DNA of 64,000 nucleotides from Endomicrobiales bacterium (GTDB lineage: Bacteria > Elusimicrobiota > Endomicrobiia > Endomicrobiales > CAWCFT01), in the NCBI GenBank assembly GCA_963794945.1, contig CAWCFT010000006.1:1-64000 (forward strand). Direction: 5' to 3'. The position numbers and the translations under genes were made by a program. The notes beneath the pieces are model-generated. The model saw only the letters and a list, made by a program, of their open reading frames with translations, searched no databases and was not told the origin of the DNA. Within the stretch, counting starts at the first letter, position 1. Every line of letters begins with the position of its first letter. Positions 1-9,390 of the stretch are shown here, piece by piece.

Positions 1-9
1 CATTTCTTT

Positions 10-831
10 TTATTTTCTAACTGATTTAAACACTTTTACGCCATTCATGTCAGTTTGCAGCCATGGCAATTTTCTTATGTCTTCAGTGCCATTTTTTAGT
101 CTTTCTCTAAAATCTCTTTCCCTTTCTTCCCAAATGTTTTTTGGGGTTACAGATTTTGTTTTAACATCATAATAAATTGCCTTTTTTCCTTGCACAGCTA
201 TTTCTACAGAATCGAATTTAGGATCATAGCTCATCATTGTACCTTGCCAATAATATGCCAACACAGGTGCTTCATACTTTTCCATGAGTTTATCATCTTT
301 AAACTTCCAAACTTCACCTTTTGTCTCGTTTAACCTTATTAGATAATAATACAAAATATCTTCCGAATCAATTTGTGTATTAATACCAATTATTGATGGA
401 TCAGATGTTAACTGAAATCTGATGGTAGAGTTAATTACTGGATTTACTTCCTTGACAACGCTGTTGCCTGTCGCATCTGCAACACCCACCACAGGAATTG
501 ACAATAAATATTTCCCATCCTTATCAAATTTCTGTATCCTTGAATTCACTGCATCTAATATGTATATTTCGCCTTTAGAGTTTACATTTAACATTAAAGA
601 ATTATATTTATTTAAAGGATCGTCATTAAAGAAATAATAAACCTTACCAAACTCCCCAGGTCCGCTTCCCCACTTGCCATCTATAACTAATTTCATTTCA
701 TATTGTTGTCCAGTTGTCGACGCTTGCAAAATAGCTGTTGACTCAGTTGACACTGCAATATTTTCATCCGCATACGACATCACCGCGCATACAGCCATAA
801 TCGCCAGTATCCCTAAAGTACTCTTTTTCAT
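10..831 (-). CDS. Secreted hypothetical protein with NHL-repeat-like segment
   Basis: N-terminal signal peptide; 'GKWGSGPGEFG...NSKGEIYILDAVNSRIQKFDKDGKYL' resembles an NHL repeat; AT-rich; AAGGA RBS upstream. Confidence 0.6.
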   Translation of the reverse strand: MKKSTLGILAIMAVCAVMSYADENIAVSTESTAILQASTTGQQYEMKLVIDGKWGSGPGEFGKVYYFFNDDPLNKYNSLMLNVNSKGEIYILDAVNSRIQKFDKDGKYLLSIPVVGVADATGNSVVKEVNPVINSTIRFQLTSDPSIIGINTQIDSEDILYYYLIRLNETKGEVWKFKDDKLMEKYEAPVLAYYWQGTMMSYDPKFDSVEIAVQGKKAIYYDVKTKSVTPKNIWEERERDFRERLKNGTEDIRKLPWLQTDMNGVKVFKSVRK

Positions 832-1144
832 TATTTCCTTCCTATAAATGGGGACGGTTCTAATTATTACAAACTATTGGCATGCCTTTCAGCCTGACGT
901 GCACAGTCACAGCGCCCTGCCATGCTACAATACTATTTTATATATTATTCATTTATCAATTCATTCATATACTGTATAAAATACTATACAAGTGACTATA
1001 CTAATGACTGTCTGTTAATATATTATTAACTGTATATTTGACTATACGAGTCATTATTTTAACTACAAACATTTAACTCTTTCCCGCCAGCAAACGCTTT
1101 AGCAGCTGTAACTTTTTAACCTTTAAATACTTGAACCTGCCCTA

Positions 1145-1852
1145 TTACTGCCCCATCCTCTTTTTAATAGCTTCAATAATTTCCTGCGCCCATTGTATTT
1201 GTTTATTGATGTAGGCTTTATCTTCCTCTTTTGTGGCAGGATCGTTAAGTTTTGTTTGAAACACTACAATGCCTTCCTGCTGCTGCGCCATCAGGTTGGA
1301 CATATTCGCGGCATCCATATTTCCATTGTTGATGCATTGGAGCAAATTCTTTTGTGCTTCATCACTCCATTCCTTCTGCCCTTCAGGCTGTTTCCCAGGC
1401 TCAACGGCAGGCTGGTTCCTTTTTTTACGCACGTTGCCCTTTGTCACCTGCCCATCAACCGTTTGGCTGCCGCCGGCAGGGCCGGCGCTATTTGTTTTGC
1501 GTTTATTCTTTCCGCCGGCAGGCTTAACGGCTTTATCGCTTAGCACCGCGTACACGCGGAATTGATTATTACCAGCCGCGTCTTTGGCAGGCAGGCCGTC
1601 ATTATTGTTAATCATGAACACTATTTTGGCATACTCGCCGCCCAGATAGTTGCACTGCGATCTTAACGTGTTTAACTTCTTTTTCAATTGGCCAGGGTCG
1701 GGGGCTAAAAATCTCAGCTTAAGCCCGCCTGTACCGCCCTCTTTTATGCCTTTCAATACCCCGTCAAGGAACGGCTTGTACTGGCTGTTCTTCGCGTACA
1801 CCTCCGACAGATCCGCCGGGCCATCAATGAACATATCTTCCTTTTCATCCAT
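1145..1852 (-). CDS. Hypothetical protein
   Basis: 235-aa ORF with AAGGAGG RBS upstream; no family recognised. Confidence 0.6.
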   Translation of the reverse strand: MDEKEDMFIDGPADLSEVYAKNSQYKPFLDGVLKGIKEGGTGGLKLRFLAPDPGQLKKKLNTLRSQCNYLGGEYAKIVFMINNNDGLPAKDAAGNNQFRVYAVLSDKAVKPAGGKNKRKTNSAGPAGGSQTVDGQVTKGNVRKKRNQPAVEPGKQPEGQKEWSDEAQKNLLQCINNGNMDAANMSNLMAQQQEGIVVFQTKLNDPATKEEDKAYINKQIQWAQEIIEAIKKRMGQ

Positions 1853-1886
1853 TGCAGAGCCTCCTTAATTTGATCTTGTCATAGAC

Positions 1887-2085
1887 TAATGAACCTCCGC
1901 GCAGCAAGCGGCGCGGTATCTGATGAATTTTATCTTTCATCCTCGCCCTAGATGGGAGAGGATTGAGGTGAGGGTGACCTTTCAAGTGCAGCTTTTTATT
2001 AAGCCCCCTCATCCTAACCTTCTCCCGCCAGGGGGAGAAGATATATTCGGTAACCCCGCAGCGAAGCTGCGGGGAATAGTCAAGT
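1887..2085. repeat. Composite palindromic (REP/MITE-like) element, copy 1
   Basis: CCGCGCAGCAAGCGGCGCGG hairpin, two CCCTCA(C/T)C..CTCCC-type units, CCCCGCAGCGAAGCTGCGGGG hairpin; reverse-complement homologue at 4348-4586. Confidence 0.75.
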
Positions 2086-2128
2086 TCAAATGGCCAAACA
2101 AACCGCTGTTGCTGGCTGTTCTCAGCGG

Positions 2129-2878
2129 CTACTTTTTAGCCTTTCCCTGGTTTGCCACGGATTCCATCGCCTTCTTTATTTCTTCCGGGTCTCCGAGATA
2201 ATAGTGTTTAATCGGTTTCAATTCATCGTCAAGTTCATAGACAAGCGGTATACCGGTAGGTATATTGAGCCCCACTATCTCGCTTTCGGAAATATTGTCG
2301 AGGTACATGACAAGCGCTCTAAGGCTGTTGCCGTGCGCGGCTATGATCACTTTTTTCCCGGCCTTAATGGCTGGGGCGATCTCGTTATGCCAATGAGGAA
2401 GGAACCTTGCTACCGTATCTTTAAGGCACTCCGTGAGCGGCAATTCTTTTTTGTCCAGAGCTTTATACCTTGGATCGCTACCGGGATAACGCGGATCACT
2501 GATCTCCAGTACCGGAGGAGGGATATCATAACTTCTCCTCCATATCTTTACCTGGTCTTCCCCGAACTTCGCGGCGGTCTCGGATTTATTCAGCCCCTGA
2601 AGGGCGCCGTAGTGCCTCTCGTTTAGCCTCCACGAATGATGCACAGGTATCCACATAAGGTCCATCTCGTCAAGAGTGATCCAGAGGGTCCTGATAGCTC
2701 TCTTTAAGACAGATGTAAAAGCAACGTCAAAGACATATCCTTCTTTCTTAAGGAACTGCCCGGCCTTGTGGGCCTCGGAAATCCCTTTCTCGGAGAGGTC
2801 AACATCAGTCCACCCGGTAAACCTGTTCTCTTTGTTCCAAACGCTTTCACCATGCCTGATCAATACTACTTTTTTCAT
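2129..2878 (-). CDS. gpmA: 2,3-BPG-dependent phosphoglycerate mutase
   Basis: [33 protein letters not shown] motifs. Confidence 0.97.
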   Translation of the reverse strand: MKKVVLIRHGESVWNKENRFTGWTDVDLSEKGISEAHKAGQFLKKEGYVFDVAFTSVLKRAIRTLWITLDEMDLMWIPVHHSWRLNERHYGALQGLNKSETAAKFGEDQVKIWRRSYDIPPPVLEISDPRYPGSDPRYKALDKKELPLTECLKDTVARFLPHWHNEIAPAIKAGKKVIIAAHGNSLRALVMYLDNISESEIVGLNIPTGIPLVYELDDELKPIKHYYLGDPEEIKKAMESVANQGKAKK

Positions 2879-3008
2879 GATCTCTTACTCCTTTATTTAC
2901 GGCCTTAGAATATCGAGGCCTTTACCGCTTCGCGGTGTTTTTTCTGATGTTTCATGACGGTATAAACACATGTCGCGGGATTAACTCAATTTGGACAATT
3001 ATAAAGCA

Positions 3009-4340
3009 TTATCTCAAAAATATGAACTTCAACACAAATAGCGCGGCCAGAAAATATACAAGCAATGAGACTTCTTTTCCGCGGCCCGTAAAAATCTTTA
3101 TAAGCGCGTAACTCATAAAACCCGTTGCTATGCCGTTAGCTATGCTGAACGTAAGCGGCATTATTATTATGGTTAAAAATGCCGGCACCGCCTCGCTAAA
3201 ATCATCCCAGCTTATTTTTACTATTGTGCCCATTATCATGCACCCTACAATTATCAGGGCCGGAGCCGTTACCGGGTGCAGCAGCGCCCCCTGGGGCGAA
3301 ACATAACCGCCGCCTATCATCCTTACAAGCGGAGAGAAGAACATCGCGCTGAAAAGCAGCAGCCCTGTCACGACACTCGCGAGGCCCGAACGGCCGCCCG
3401 CGGCTATACCCGAGGCGCTCTCCACATAGCATGTGACTGTTGGTGTCCCGCAGGCCGCGCCAACACAGGTGCTGAGAGCATCCGTAAAGAAGGCTTTTCC
3501 GGAACGTGGAAGTTTGCCGTCCTTCATAAAACCGCCCATCTCTCCAACACCGGCAAGAGTGCCGACAGTGTCAAAAACCCCCATGAAAAGGAACACGAAT
3601 ATCACTGGAAGCATAGTAATATCAAGCGTTTTTGCGAGGTCCATCTGGAGGAATGTAGGAGCCATAGAAGGCGGCGCCGCTACTATACCCTGGTATTTGA
3701 CTAACCCTAAAGGTATACCTGTCACAGCAGTTAAAAGTATTCCCCACAAGAGCGCGCCTTTTACTCCCCTAACCATCATTACCGTGCTCGCGACAAGCCC
3801 GAAAAGAGCCATAAACGCCGCCGGGCTAGCTACGTTGCCAAGAGTTACAAGGGTTGACGGGTGTCCAACAATTACCCCGGCATCGATAAGGCCTATAAAT
3901 GATATTAACAACCCTATACCGCAAGCTATCCCATACCTTATGGAAGGGGGTATCGCGGTTATCAGCATCTGGCGGAATTGCGTGAAGGTTAAAAGCAGGA
4001 AAATTACTCCTTCAACAAACACACACCCGAGAGCCGTGCGCCACGGAACGCCCATTGTTAAACAAACCGTGTACGTAAAAAAAGCGTTCTGCCCCATGCC
4101 TGGCGCGAGAGCTATAGGATAGTTTACGTAAACCCCCATCATTATGGTCGCAATGGCCGCGGACAGGCATGTAGCCGTCATTGCCGCGCCGAAATCCATG
4201 CCGGTCTTGGAGATCATCGCCGGGTTAACAAAAATTATGTAAGCCATTGTCATGAACGTAGTGGCGCCGGCTATTAGCTCCGTGCGGATATTTGTATTTA
4301 GTTCGTTTAATTTAAAATACTTTTCTATAAAATTTTTCAT
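3009..4340 (-). CDS. NCS2/AzgA-family purine permease
   Basis: TTFMTMAYIIFVNP, APGMG, ESASGIAAGGRSGL motifs; many TM helices. Confidence 0.92.
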   Translation of the reverse strand: MKNFIEKYFKLNELNTNIRTELIAGATTFMTMAYIIFVNPAMISKTGMDFGAAMTATCLSAAIATIMMGVYVNYPIALAPGMGQNAFFTYTVCLTMGVPWRTALGCVFVEGVIFLLLTFTQFRQMLITAIPPSIRYGIACGIGLLISFIGLIDAGVIVGHPSTLVTLGNVASPAAFMALFGLVASTVMMVRGVKGALLWGILLTAVTGIPLGLVKYQGIVAAPPSMAPTFLQMDLAKTLDITMLPVIFVFLFMGVFDTVGTLAGVGEMGGFMKDGKLPRSGKAFFTDALSTCVGAACGTPTVTCYVESASGIAAGGRSGLASVVTGLLLFSAMFFSPLVRMIGGGYVSPQGALLHPVTAPALIIVGCMIMGTIVKISWDDFSEAVPAFLTIIIMPLTFSIANGIATGFMSYALIKIFTGRGKEVSLLVYFLAALFVLKFIFLR

Positions 4341-4347
4341 ACTTTCA

Positions 4348-4586
4348 ACTTGACAATTACGCCCTGCTTGCGGGTCGGTTACCGATTATATCTTCTCCCC
4401 TGGTGGGTAAGACTTTGGGCCTTGAGGGCCAGCCAAAGGGCCCGATAAGGAAGAAGGCGGGGATGAGGGGGCTTAATAAAAATTGTAGCTGTCACGCGCA
4501 CCCTCACCTCAATCCTCTCCCATCGATGGAGAGGAAGAACGACAAACATCTGATACCGCCCAGCTTGCTGGGCGGAGGTTCATTAA
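4348..4586. repeat. Composite palindromic (REP/MITE-like) element, copy 2 (inverted)
   Basis: Reverse complement matches 1887-2085 module by module (TAATGAACCTCCGC..CAGCAAGC..GCGGTATC.GATG terminus); extra ~45-nt insert. Confidence 0.75.
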
Positions 4587-4601
4587 GTGCCCTTGCCGTC
4601 A

Positions 4602-4632
4602 CTTACCGCTTACCCCTTACCTCTTACCACTT
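4602..4632. repeat. Heptamer tandem array (CTTACCN x4), family A single arm
   Basis: CTTACCG CTTACCC CTTACCT CTTACCA directly after the GDPD stop. Confidence 0.8.
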
Positions 4633-4634
4633 GT

Positions 4635-5321
4635 TTACAGCCTGTCCGGAAAGTCAGAAAATATTCCGTCGACACCCATTGCCTTTATCTTGTTTATCTC
4701 TTCCGGCTCGTTTACCGTGTAAACGAACACTTTTAGCCCTTTTTGATGCGCTTCCTCCACCAGTTCCCTGGTAACGCAACCGCTGGGGAAGTTTATCGAA
4801 TAAGATTTGAGCTCTTCCGCAAACCCGCATAACCCCGGCGCAGCCAGGACTACCAGAGCCCCCGTTCTTACTTTAGGCAACAGCTCTCTGAACTGCCACA
4901 GGTCCAAGTGGTTAAATGAAGAAACAATAAAATCGTCATAGGACCATCCGCGTTCCGTTACATAGGTTTCAATAACTTTCGCGACCGGTTTCAACACACC
5001 CGCGCCTTTTAACTCTATATTCACTAAAACCTTTCTATTTATCAGGTCCAGAACTTCTTCCAGAGTTGGTATTTTTTCTCCATCACCGGCGTCCAACGCT
5101 TTTAGTTCCTTTAGGGATTTTTCGTTTACTTCCCCCTCGCCGTTCGTGGTTCTTTCAAGGGTGTCATCGTGTATCACAACAAGTTCTCCGGAAGCCGCCA
5201 GATAGACGTCAAATTCTACCGCGCCGCACTTCAGTTCCAGCGCCTTAGCAAATGACTTCAACGTGTTCTCCGGCTCATAGCCGGCGGCGCCTCTGTGCCC
5301 AATCCTGATAAATTCGCTCAT
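4635..5321 (-). CDS. Glycerophosphodiester phosphodiesterase family protein
   Basis: GHRGA, PENT, EFDV, IHD, NIELK, YTVN, SDFPD motifs. Confidence 0.95.
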   Translation of the reverse strand: MSEFIRIGHRGAAGYEPENTLKSFAKALELKCGAVEFDVYLAASGELVVIHDDTLERTTNGEGEVNEKSLKELKALDAGDGEKIPTLEEVLDLINRKVLVNIELKGAGVLKPVAKVIETYVTERGWSYDDFIVSSFNHLDLWQFRELLPKVRTGALVVLAAPGLCGFAEELKSYSINFPSGCVTRELVEEAHQKGLKVFVYTVNEPEEINKIKAMGVDGIFSDFPDRL

Positions 5322-5386
5322 TGTTTGGTTTCTTTAAAGGTAAGACGCGTGCGAGCGCGAAAAAGATACTTCCAGCGTCAGTTCGT

Positions 5387-5752
5387 TTATGCCTTAAATA
5401 CCGTTTCGTCGCGTTTCCGCCACGCCGGATCCACTATGCAGATAAACTTTAAATCTGACCGCCCGATATTTTCAATGAATTGCCTGGAACGCGGCGGTAT
5501 ATAGACCGTGTCTCCGACAAACACAATTTTTGAACCGGAGCCTATGTGCATGAGGCCTTTGCCTTCCAGGATATAATATACTTCGGAGGTTTTGAGGCTG
5601 TGAGGATAGGATTTCTTTCCCGGGTTTAATACGGCGTGAGCGAGGCTGTAACGGATGTCGAGGTCCTGCTTATCCGGATGCAGGATTTCGCGAAGGATAG
5701 TGTAGTCTCCGGCAACGAACTTCTTGCATTTTCTCAGATTTTTTACGAACAT
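5387..5752 (-). CDS. Cupin domain protein
   Basis: PHSLKTSEVYYILEGKG cupin motif; start MFVKN at 5752 overlaps the PilZ stop (TAATG). Confidence 0.85.
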   Translation of the reverse strand: MFVKNLRKCKKFVAGDYTILREILHPDKQDLDIRYSLAHAVLNPGKKSYPHSLKTSEVYYILEGKGLMHIGSGSKIVFVGDTVYIPPRSRQFIENIGRSDLKFICIVDPAWRKRDETVFKA

Positions 5753-6213
5753 TATCTCTCTATCTTCTCGAAGTTCTCGTTCTCGAAAGAACTGGCATAC
5801 TTGTTTATCCACTCAAGCGCCGCTTCCCTGCCGCTAAGCAGCCTTCCTTCCCTGGCGTGTATTTCCTTCTTGTAATGTTCGATGTGGCATATCTGCTCAA
5901 CCATTCTGGCCCTGAAGGCGTCTTTTGTTTCGATGAATTCAACGCCGACCTCGAAGTGGCCCGACAGCTCGCTGCACCACGCGACCCTGCCTTTTGCTTC
6001 AAAGGCCGGGCTGATAAGCTGTATCTTTATTTTAACCAGCGAGTTTACGGCTAGCGCAGTGTCCGAAATGAACGTCAGGCCGCCAACGCTGACGTTGCTC
6101 AACGACTCTTCTTTGAGCATGACTATGTCAAGCGGCTGCACTTCAAGCGGCACATCGGAAGGGTGCCTTATAAATACTCTTCTTTCAATATTTTTTATGG
6201 TTTCTTCTGGCAT
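5752..6213 (-). CDS. PilZ domain protein
   Basis: ERRVFIR (RxxxR) and NVSVGG (D/NxSxxG) c-di-GMP motifs. Confidence 0.9.
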   Translation of the reverse strand: MPEETIKNIERRVFIRHPSDVPLEVQPLDIVMLKEESLSNVSVGGLTFISDTALAVNSLVKIKIQLISPAFEAKGRVAWCSELSGHFEVGVEFIETKDAFRARMVEQICHIEHYKKEIHAREGRLLSGREAALEWINKYASSFENENFEKIER

Positions 6214-6223
6214 TTTACGCTCT

Positions 6224-6601
6224 CTAATATGGTTTTTTTGACGCGCCCATCAAATAAGGCCCAAATACCAGCAGAGCTATAAGCAGGGAACCTATGCTGG
6301 TTATAAGCACCGCGCCCGCGGCAACATCTTTTGCTTTTTTTATCATCGGGTGAAAGTCGGGTGTAGTCGCGTCGGCAAGGAATTCCAGGGCCGTATTCAA
6401 CGCTTCCGCGGTCCAAACCGCGCCTATCGCGAGGACTATCCAGCACCACTCGCTGTTGCTTAGCTTGAGATAAAAGCCTGCCCCGCATACCACAAGTGTA
6501 GCCAGCAAATGTATCCAGGCGTTATGTTCATATTTAAGCATTATGAACAAGCCTTGAAAAGCGCACTTGAAACTTCCTATCCTGTCTTTAATGAATTTCA
6601 T
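6224..6601 (-). CDS. dgkA: Diacylglycerol/undecaprenol kinase family
   Basis: EHNAWIH, EALNTALE, KAKDVAAGAVL motifs. Confidence 0.92.
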   Translation of the reverse strand: MKFIKDRIGSFKCAFQGLFIMLKYEHNAWIHLLATLVVCGAGFYLKLSNSEWCWIVLAIGAVWTAEALNTALEFLADATTPDFHPMIKKAKDVAAGAVLITSIGSLLIALLVFGPYLMGASKKPY

Positions 6602-6632
6602 ATTTGGTTAATATCCTTCTTTCCCTGAACTT

Positions 6633-6661
6633 ATTCTATAAAATGTTTATTGCATCGTCAA
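6633..6661 (-). promoter_or_regulatory. sigma70-type promoter for dgkA-pilZ-cupin
   Basis: TTGACG-N17-TAGAAT on the minus strand. Confidence 0.65.
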
Positions 6662-6688
6662 GAAATTATAAGGCCGAATTTATAAAAT

Positions 6689-6714
6689 AAAAAAAACCGC
6701 TAACACGAGCGGTT
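6689..6714 (-). terminator. Rho-independent terminator
   Basis: AACCGCT-loop-AGCGGTT stem followed by a T-run, after the receiver gene. Confidence 0.75.
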
Positions 6715-6739
6715 GCGGCGCTGACAAAATTTCAACCTT

Positions 6740-7144
6740 TCAGGACAGAAATCTGGATATAATGCTTTCCTTAAGATATGTGAAATCCAGAGGTTTTACA
6801 AGATAATCATAAGCGCCGGAGTTGAAAGCATCAACAATTTTTTCAGGGCTGCCGTTAGCTGTTATCATAACGGTCATCAATGCCGGGTCTATTTTCTTTA
6901 TCTCCCTCAACGTAGTTATGCCATCTATTCCGGGCATCGCTATATCAAGCAGCACCAGATCGATATTATTGGATTTGATCATCGTCAGAGCGTCTTCGCC
7001 GCTTTTTGATTTAAGCACTCGAAATCCAGCGTCAACAAGGAACTGTTCTATTATCAATAGGATATCTGCTTCATCATCTACGATCAGCACGCATTTATCC
7101 GAAATATTGGCAGTATTTGTATTTTCTGATACCATTTTATTCAC
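6740..7144 (-). CDS. Stand-alone response regulator receiver
   Basis: LIVDDE, LLDIAMP, MITA, YLVKP. Confidence 0.92.
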   Translation of the reverse strand: MNKMVSENTNTANISDKCVLIVDDEADILLIIEQFLVDAGFRVLKSKSGEDALTMIKSNNIDLVLLDIAMPGIDGITTLREIKKIDPALMTVMITANGSPEKIVDAFNSGAYDYLVKPLDFTYLKESIISRFLS

Positions 7145-7149
7145 CAGTG

Positions 7150-7262
7150 GCGACCCCTCCGGCTAAAGCCGGAGGCTCCTTAATCCTGTCGCCCTCCCGG
7201 GACGAATGCGAACGCATTCCTCCCCCGTATGAAGACGGGGGATTTCATGTCGCGGGATTAAA
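7150..7262. mobile_element. Putative non-autonomous IS200/IS605-end-like miniature element
   Basis: Hairpins CCTCCGGCTAAAGCCGGAGG and CCCCCGTATGAAGACGGGGG; no ORF. Confidence 0.45.
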
Positions 7263-7365
7263 ATCGGAAGACGGCTGCCAAAATTATTCTGTTATGTTTG
7301 CTAGTTCACAATCATAACATCTAAGTTTGGCAGCACCGTTCCTACCCTCTCAACGGCATTCCCCT

Positions 7366-7764
7366 CTACGCACTATACTCTCCCCTAGCTTCAATACATT
7401 TTTTGACTTTCCCAACGAGGTCACTGATCTCGAAAGGCTTGACCAGGTAATCATAGGCTCCCAGTTTAATGGAAGTAACTACCGAATCAAGAGTGGCGTA
7501 ACCCGTGATGACTATAATATCTGTTTTAGGCGACATTTCCCTGACCCTTTTAATTACGTGGAACCCATCGATTTTCGGCATCTTAAGGTCAGTGATAACT
7601 ATGTCAAAACTCTTCTTTGAAAAACTGTCTATCGCCGTGCTTCCATCAAGGAATGACTCTACATCATAACCCTCATGGATGAGTACCTTCTTATATATAT
7701 CGCAAATATTGTCCTCATTATCTACCACCATGATCCGCTTCTTAGAAGGGTTTATTTCTTTCAT
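7366..7764 (-). CDS. Stand-alone response regulator receiver
   Basis: VVDNE, ITDLKMP, VITG, YLVKPF. Confidence 0.92.
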   Translation of the reverse strand: MKEINPSKKRIMVVDNEDNICDIYKKVLIHEGYDVESFLDGSTAIDSFSKKSFDIVITDLKMPKIDGFHVIKRVREMSPKTDIIVITGYATLDSVVTSIKLGAYDYLVKPFEISDLVGKVKKCIEARGEYSA

Positions 7765-7829
7765 AACGCAACCTCTTGCTGATCAAGGCCAATACGTGGA
7801 TTTTCATCAATATTTACTACCTATCTTAG

Positions 7830-7845
7830 TGCAATATTCATGCCA
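7830..7845 (-). promoter_or_regulatory. sigma54 (-24/-12) promoter
   Basis: TGGCATGAATATTGCA = GG-N10-GC, about 65 bp upstream of the receiver gene start. Confidence 0.75.
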
Positions 7846-7893
7846 GTTATTTCACCATTGAAGCACGCATTTAATAACCAGAAAGTAAAAAAT

Positions 7894-7930
7894 GCCCAAA
7901 TACGTGCAATAACTGCACAATATTTTGGGC
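7894..7930. promoter_or_regulatory. Candidate bEBP upstream activator site
   Basis: Imperfect inverted repeat GCCCAAATACGTGCA-ataac-TGCACAATATTTTGGGC, 50-85 bp upstream of the -24 element. Confidence 0.5.
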
Positions 7931-7989
7931 TTAATAAAATGATTGATAAATAAATGTATTATTAAATAATACTAAAAGATGGATTGCAA

Positions 7990-9390
7990 TTATTCTGATT
8001 CATCTTTAATTTTCAGCTTAGATTTGTTCATTAACGAACGAAGGTCAAAAAGATTTATCTTATAAAGCAACGCATTTCGATGTATGCCTAGTAGCTGTGC
8101 CGCTTTACTCTGGTTCCAATTAACTTTTTCCAGAATTTTCAATATGAATTTTCGCTCAAATTCGTCGCGAGCTTCCCTGAGGGACATTTTATCGAAATAT
8201 TCTTCAGGTTTTTCGTCGTTAGATAGGATTATATCTATCGGCAGCCTTTTGTGCGATATCACCTCTTCCTTACTCAGCGCCACCATCCTTTCAATAACGT
8301 TCTTTAGCTCTCTGACATTGCCCGGCCATCCGTAATTTATCAACAGGTTCATCGCCTCTGCTGAAAGGCCCCGAACATTTTTGGCAAATTCCTTGTTATA
8401 AATCCCCACAAAATAGTTTGCAAGCAATGGTATGTCGTCTTTCCTGTCCCTGAGCGGCGGAGCATTGATTGGAATAACATTCAATCTGTAATATAAGTCT
8501 TCCCTGAACTTCTTCTCCGCTATCGCTTTTTTGATATCCAGATTTGTCGCTGATATTACCCTTGTATTGATCTTTATGGTTTTTGTCCCGCCGACCCGTT
8601 GTATTTCTCTTTCTTCAAGCACGCGCAATATTTTACATTGAATGTCCTGTCCGAGGTTGCCTATTTCGTCGAGAAAAAGCGTGCCGCCGTTCGCAAGCTC
8701 GAACTTACCTATCTTCTGGCTTGTGGCGTCCGTAAATGACCCTTTCTCATGGCCGAACAGCTCACTCTCGACCAGGTTTTCCGGTATAGTCGCGCAGTCC
8801 ACTGCTACAAACGGGTTATCTCTGTTCGGTCCGCTGCGGTGGATCGCCCTCGCGATTAGTTCCTTGCCGGTGCCGCTTTCTCCGGTTATAAGCACTGTAG
8901 ACTGGTTCTCTGAGACCTCACTTATAACATTATAGACCTGCTCCATTTTCTTGCTCGCGCCGACCATATTCTCAAAGGCCTTCGGTTTGAGCTCGGACTT
9001 AAGGTACATTATCTCCCTGGCGAGGTCGTGTTTTTCCAGGGCTTTACTTATCGTCGACATCAGGTCGTCTACGTTGAAGGGTTTTGAGATATAATCATAG
9101 GCGCCAAGCTTCACCGCCTGTATAGCGGTTTTAACTGTCTTGTCAGCGGTTACCATCACCACTTCGACATCGCTCAACTCCTTCACTTTCTTAAGCGCGT
9201 CTAGGCCGTTCATGCCCGGCATCAGTATATCAAGCAGCACCAGGTCCAGCGCCTTGGTTTTTACGTGTTCAAAGGCCTCCTGAGCGTTAGAGGCTAGACA
9301 CAGGTTGAACCTGTTGCCGAGCAGTATCTCGTAAGATTCCCTCATGCTTTTTTCGTCTTCAACAACAAGTATTGTGTGTTTTGCCGCCAT
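7990..9390 (-). CDS. sigma54-dependent response regulator (NtrC/AtoC family bEBP)
   Basis: Receiver domain, GESGTGKE, ESELFGHEKGSFTDA, LFLDEI, WPGNVREL, C-terminal Fis HTH. Confidence 0.96.
   Translation of the reverse strand: MAAKHTILVVEDEKSMRESYEILLGNRFNLCLASNAQEAFEHVKTKALDLVLLDILMPGMNGLDALKKVKELSDVEVVMVTADKTVKTAIQAVKLGAYDYISKPFNVDDLMSTISKALEKHDLAREIMYLKSELKPKAFENMVGASKKMEQVYNVISEVSENQSTVLITGESGTGKELIARAIHRSGPNRDNPFVAVDCATIPENLVESELFGHEKGSFTDATSQKIGKFELANGGTLFLDEIGNLGQDIQCKILRVLEEREIQRVGGTKTIKINTRVISATNLDIKKAIAEKKFREDLYYRLNVIPINAPPLRDRKDDIPLLANYFVGIYNKEFAKNVRGLSAEAMNLLINYGWPGNVRELKNVIERMVALSKEEVISHKRLPIDIILSNDEKPEEYFDKMSLREARDEFERKFILKILEKVNWNQSKAAQLLGIHRNALLYKINLFDLRSLMNKSKLKIKDESE

Noticed and set aside
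4341..4634. Purine riboswitch upstream of the NCS2 permease
   Set aside because: The region is filled by the composite repeat; no purine aptamer core recognised
4403..4774. Plus-strand ORFs 4403-4774 and 1923-2201
   Set aside because: They are translations of the palindromic repeats or antisense overlaps
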